From Leptogorgia sarmentosa (Eukaryota), in contig OZ210885.1 of NCBI GenBank assembly GCA_964658305.1, positions 3,596,001 through 3,660,000 of the forward strand: a DNA stretch of 64,000 bases, read 5' to 3'. Numbering within the stretch: the stretch's first letter is position 1; each line of letters opens with the position of its first letter. Both the position numbers and the translations under genes were made by a program. Positions 63,481-64,000 of the stretch are shown here, one piece after another. The notes below the pieces were generated by a model. That model saw only the letters and a list, made by a program, of their open reading frames with translations. It was not told the DNA's origin and ran no database searches.

Positions 63481-64000
63481 TGGAAAAGATTTTTTATGTT
63501 CATGACATAGCTATTTAACTGAGACTGACAGTTACTGTCTGAACGTTTTCGCAGTATTGGTGCAGCTATAATATTGCCCCTAAGTGTGAGAGTGCGTATT
63601 TTCGGAAAAAATCAGCTCTAATCAAAGTTTTTGCATTCGAATAACTTATAATACATAATCATACAAGACAATTAATGCTATTGTAAATGAAGACATGCAA
63701 AACAACCATATGCTTTAATTTACACACATGGGGAAAGAAAAATTCGTGTATTGCTTGGACCGGAAAAAATGTCAAACGTAGTACAATATCTTTCATCTTT
63801 GTTGTAGTACATTTTTGTATGCAAAAGTGGTGCTGGCATTTTATGAAGGGCATGACGGAATTTGACTAAGTTTGGCATTATGGCAAAATATTCTCAAAGA
63901 CCACATTGACGGCCATGCACTGTGTGTAATATCCTGTATGCATTTGAAGATTTTTTATCTAAGGGGTTTCGTTGATCATTGTCAAATATCGTGTTACTAC

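Noticed and set aside
1..64000. CRISPR arrays, rRNA or tRNA genes, prokaryotic operons, autonomous transposase or reverse transcriptase genes
   Set aside because: None was seen: no regularly spaced short repeats, no recognisable structural RNA, and no long uninterrupted ORF.

Overview
AT-rich eukaryotic genomic DNA with GT-AG introns and many MITEs. The domain mix suggests a marine invertebrate, possibly an anthozoan cnidarian (inference). Bases 1-47.9 kb hold a head-to-tail + strand tandem array, period about 12-13 kb, of a 13-exon type I membrane receptor reconstructed by hand from splice sites and phases. Its order is signal peptide, ricin-B-like beta-trefoil, SUEL lectin, SRCR-like, F5/8 type C, two FN3, an RPTP-like membrane-proximal domain with a furin site, TM, and a short non-catalytic tail with ITAM/ITIM-like tyrosines. 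Copy A is 5'-partial with a TM frameshift, B has a mutated splice acceptor, C is intact (about 974 aa), and D has a nonsense codon and no TM. Partial copy E has a different TM and a receptor-tyrosine-phosphatase wedge segment fused mid-exon to the tyrosine tail. The array looks like RPTP-derived, phosphatase-less lectin receptors diversifying in the N-terminal lectin domain. At 53.3-58.5 kb two paralogous minus-strand genes encode small secreted precursors with cationic Arg/Ser-repeat regions and conserved promoters. The rest is non-coding, with TIR elements and an old tandem repeat of about 1 kb. Domain calls come from motif recognition only; no database search was run.
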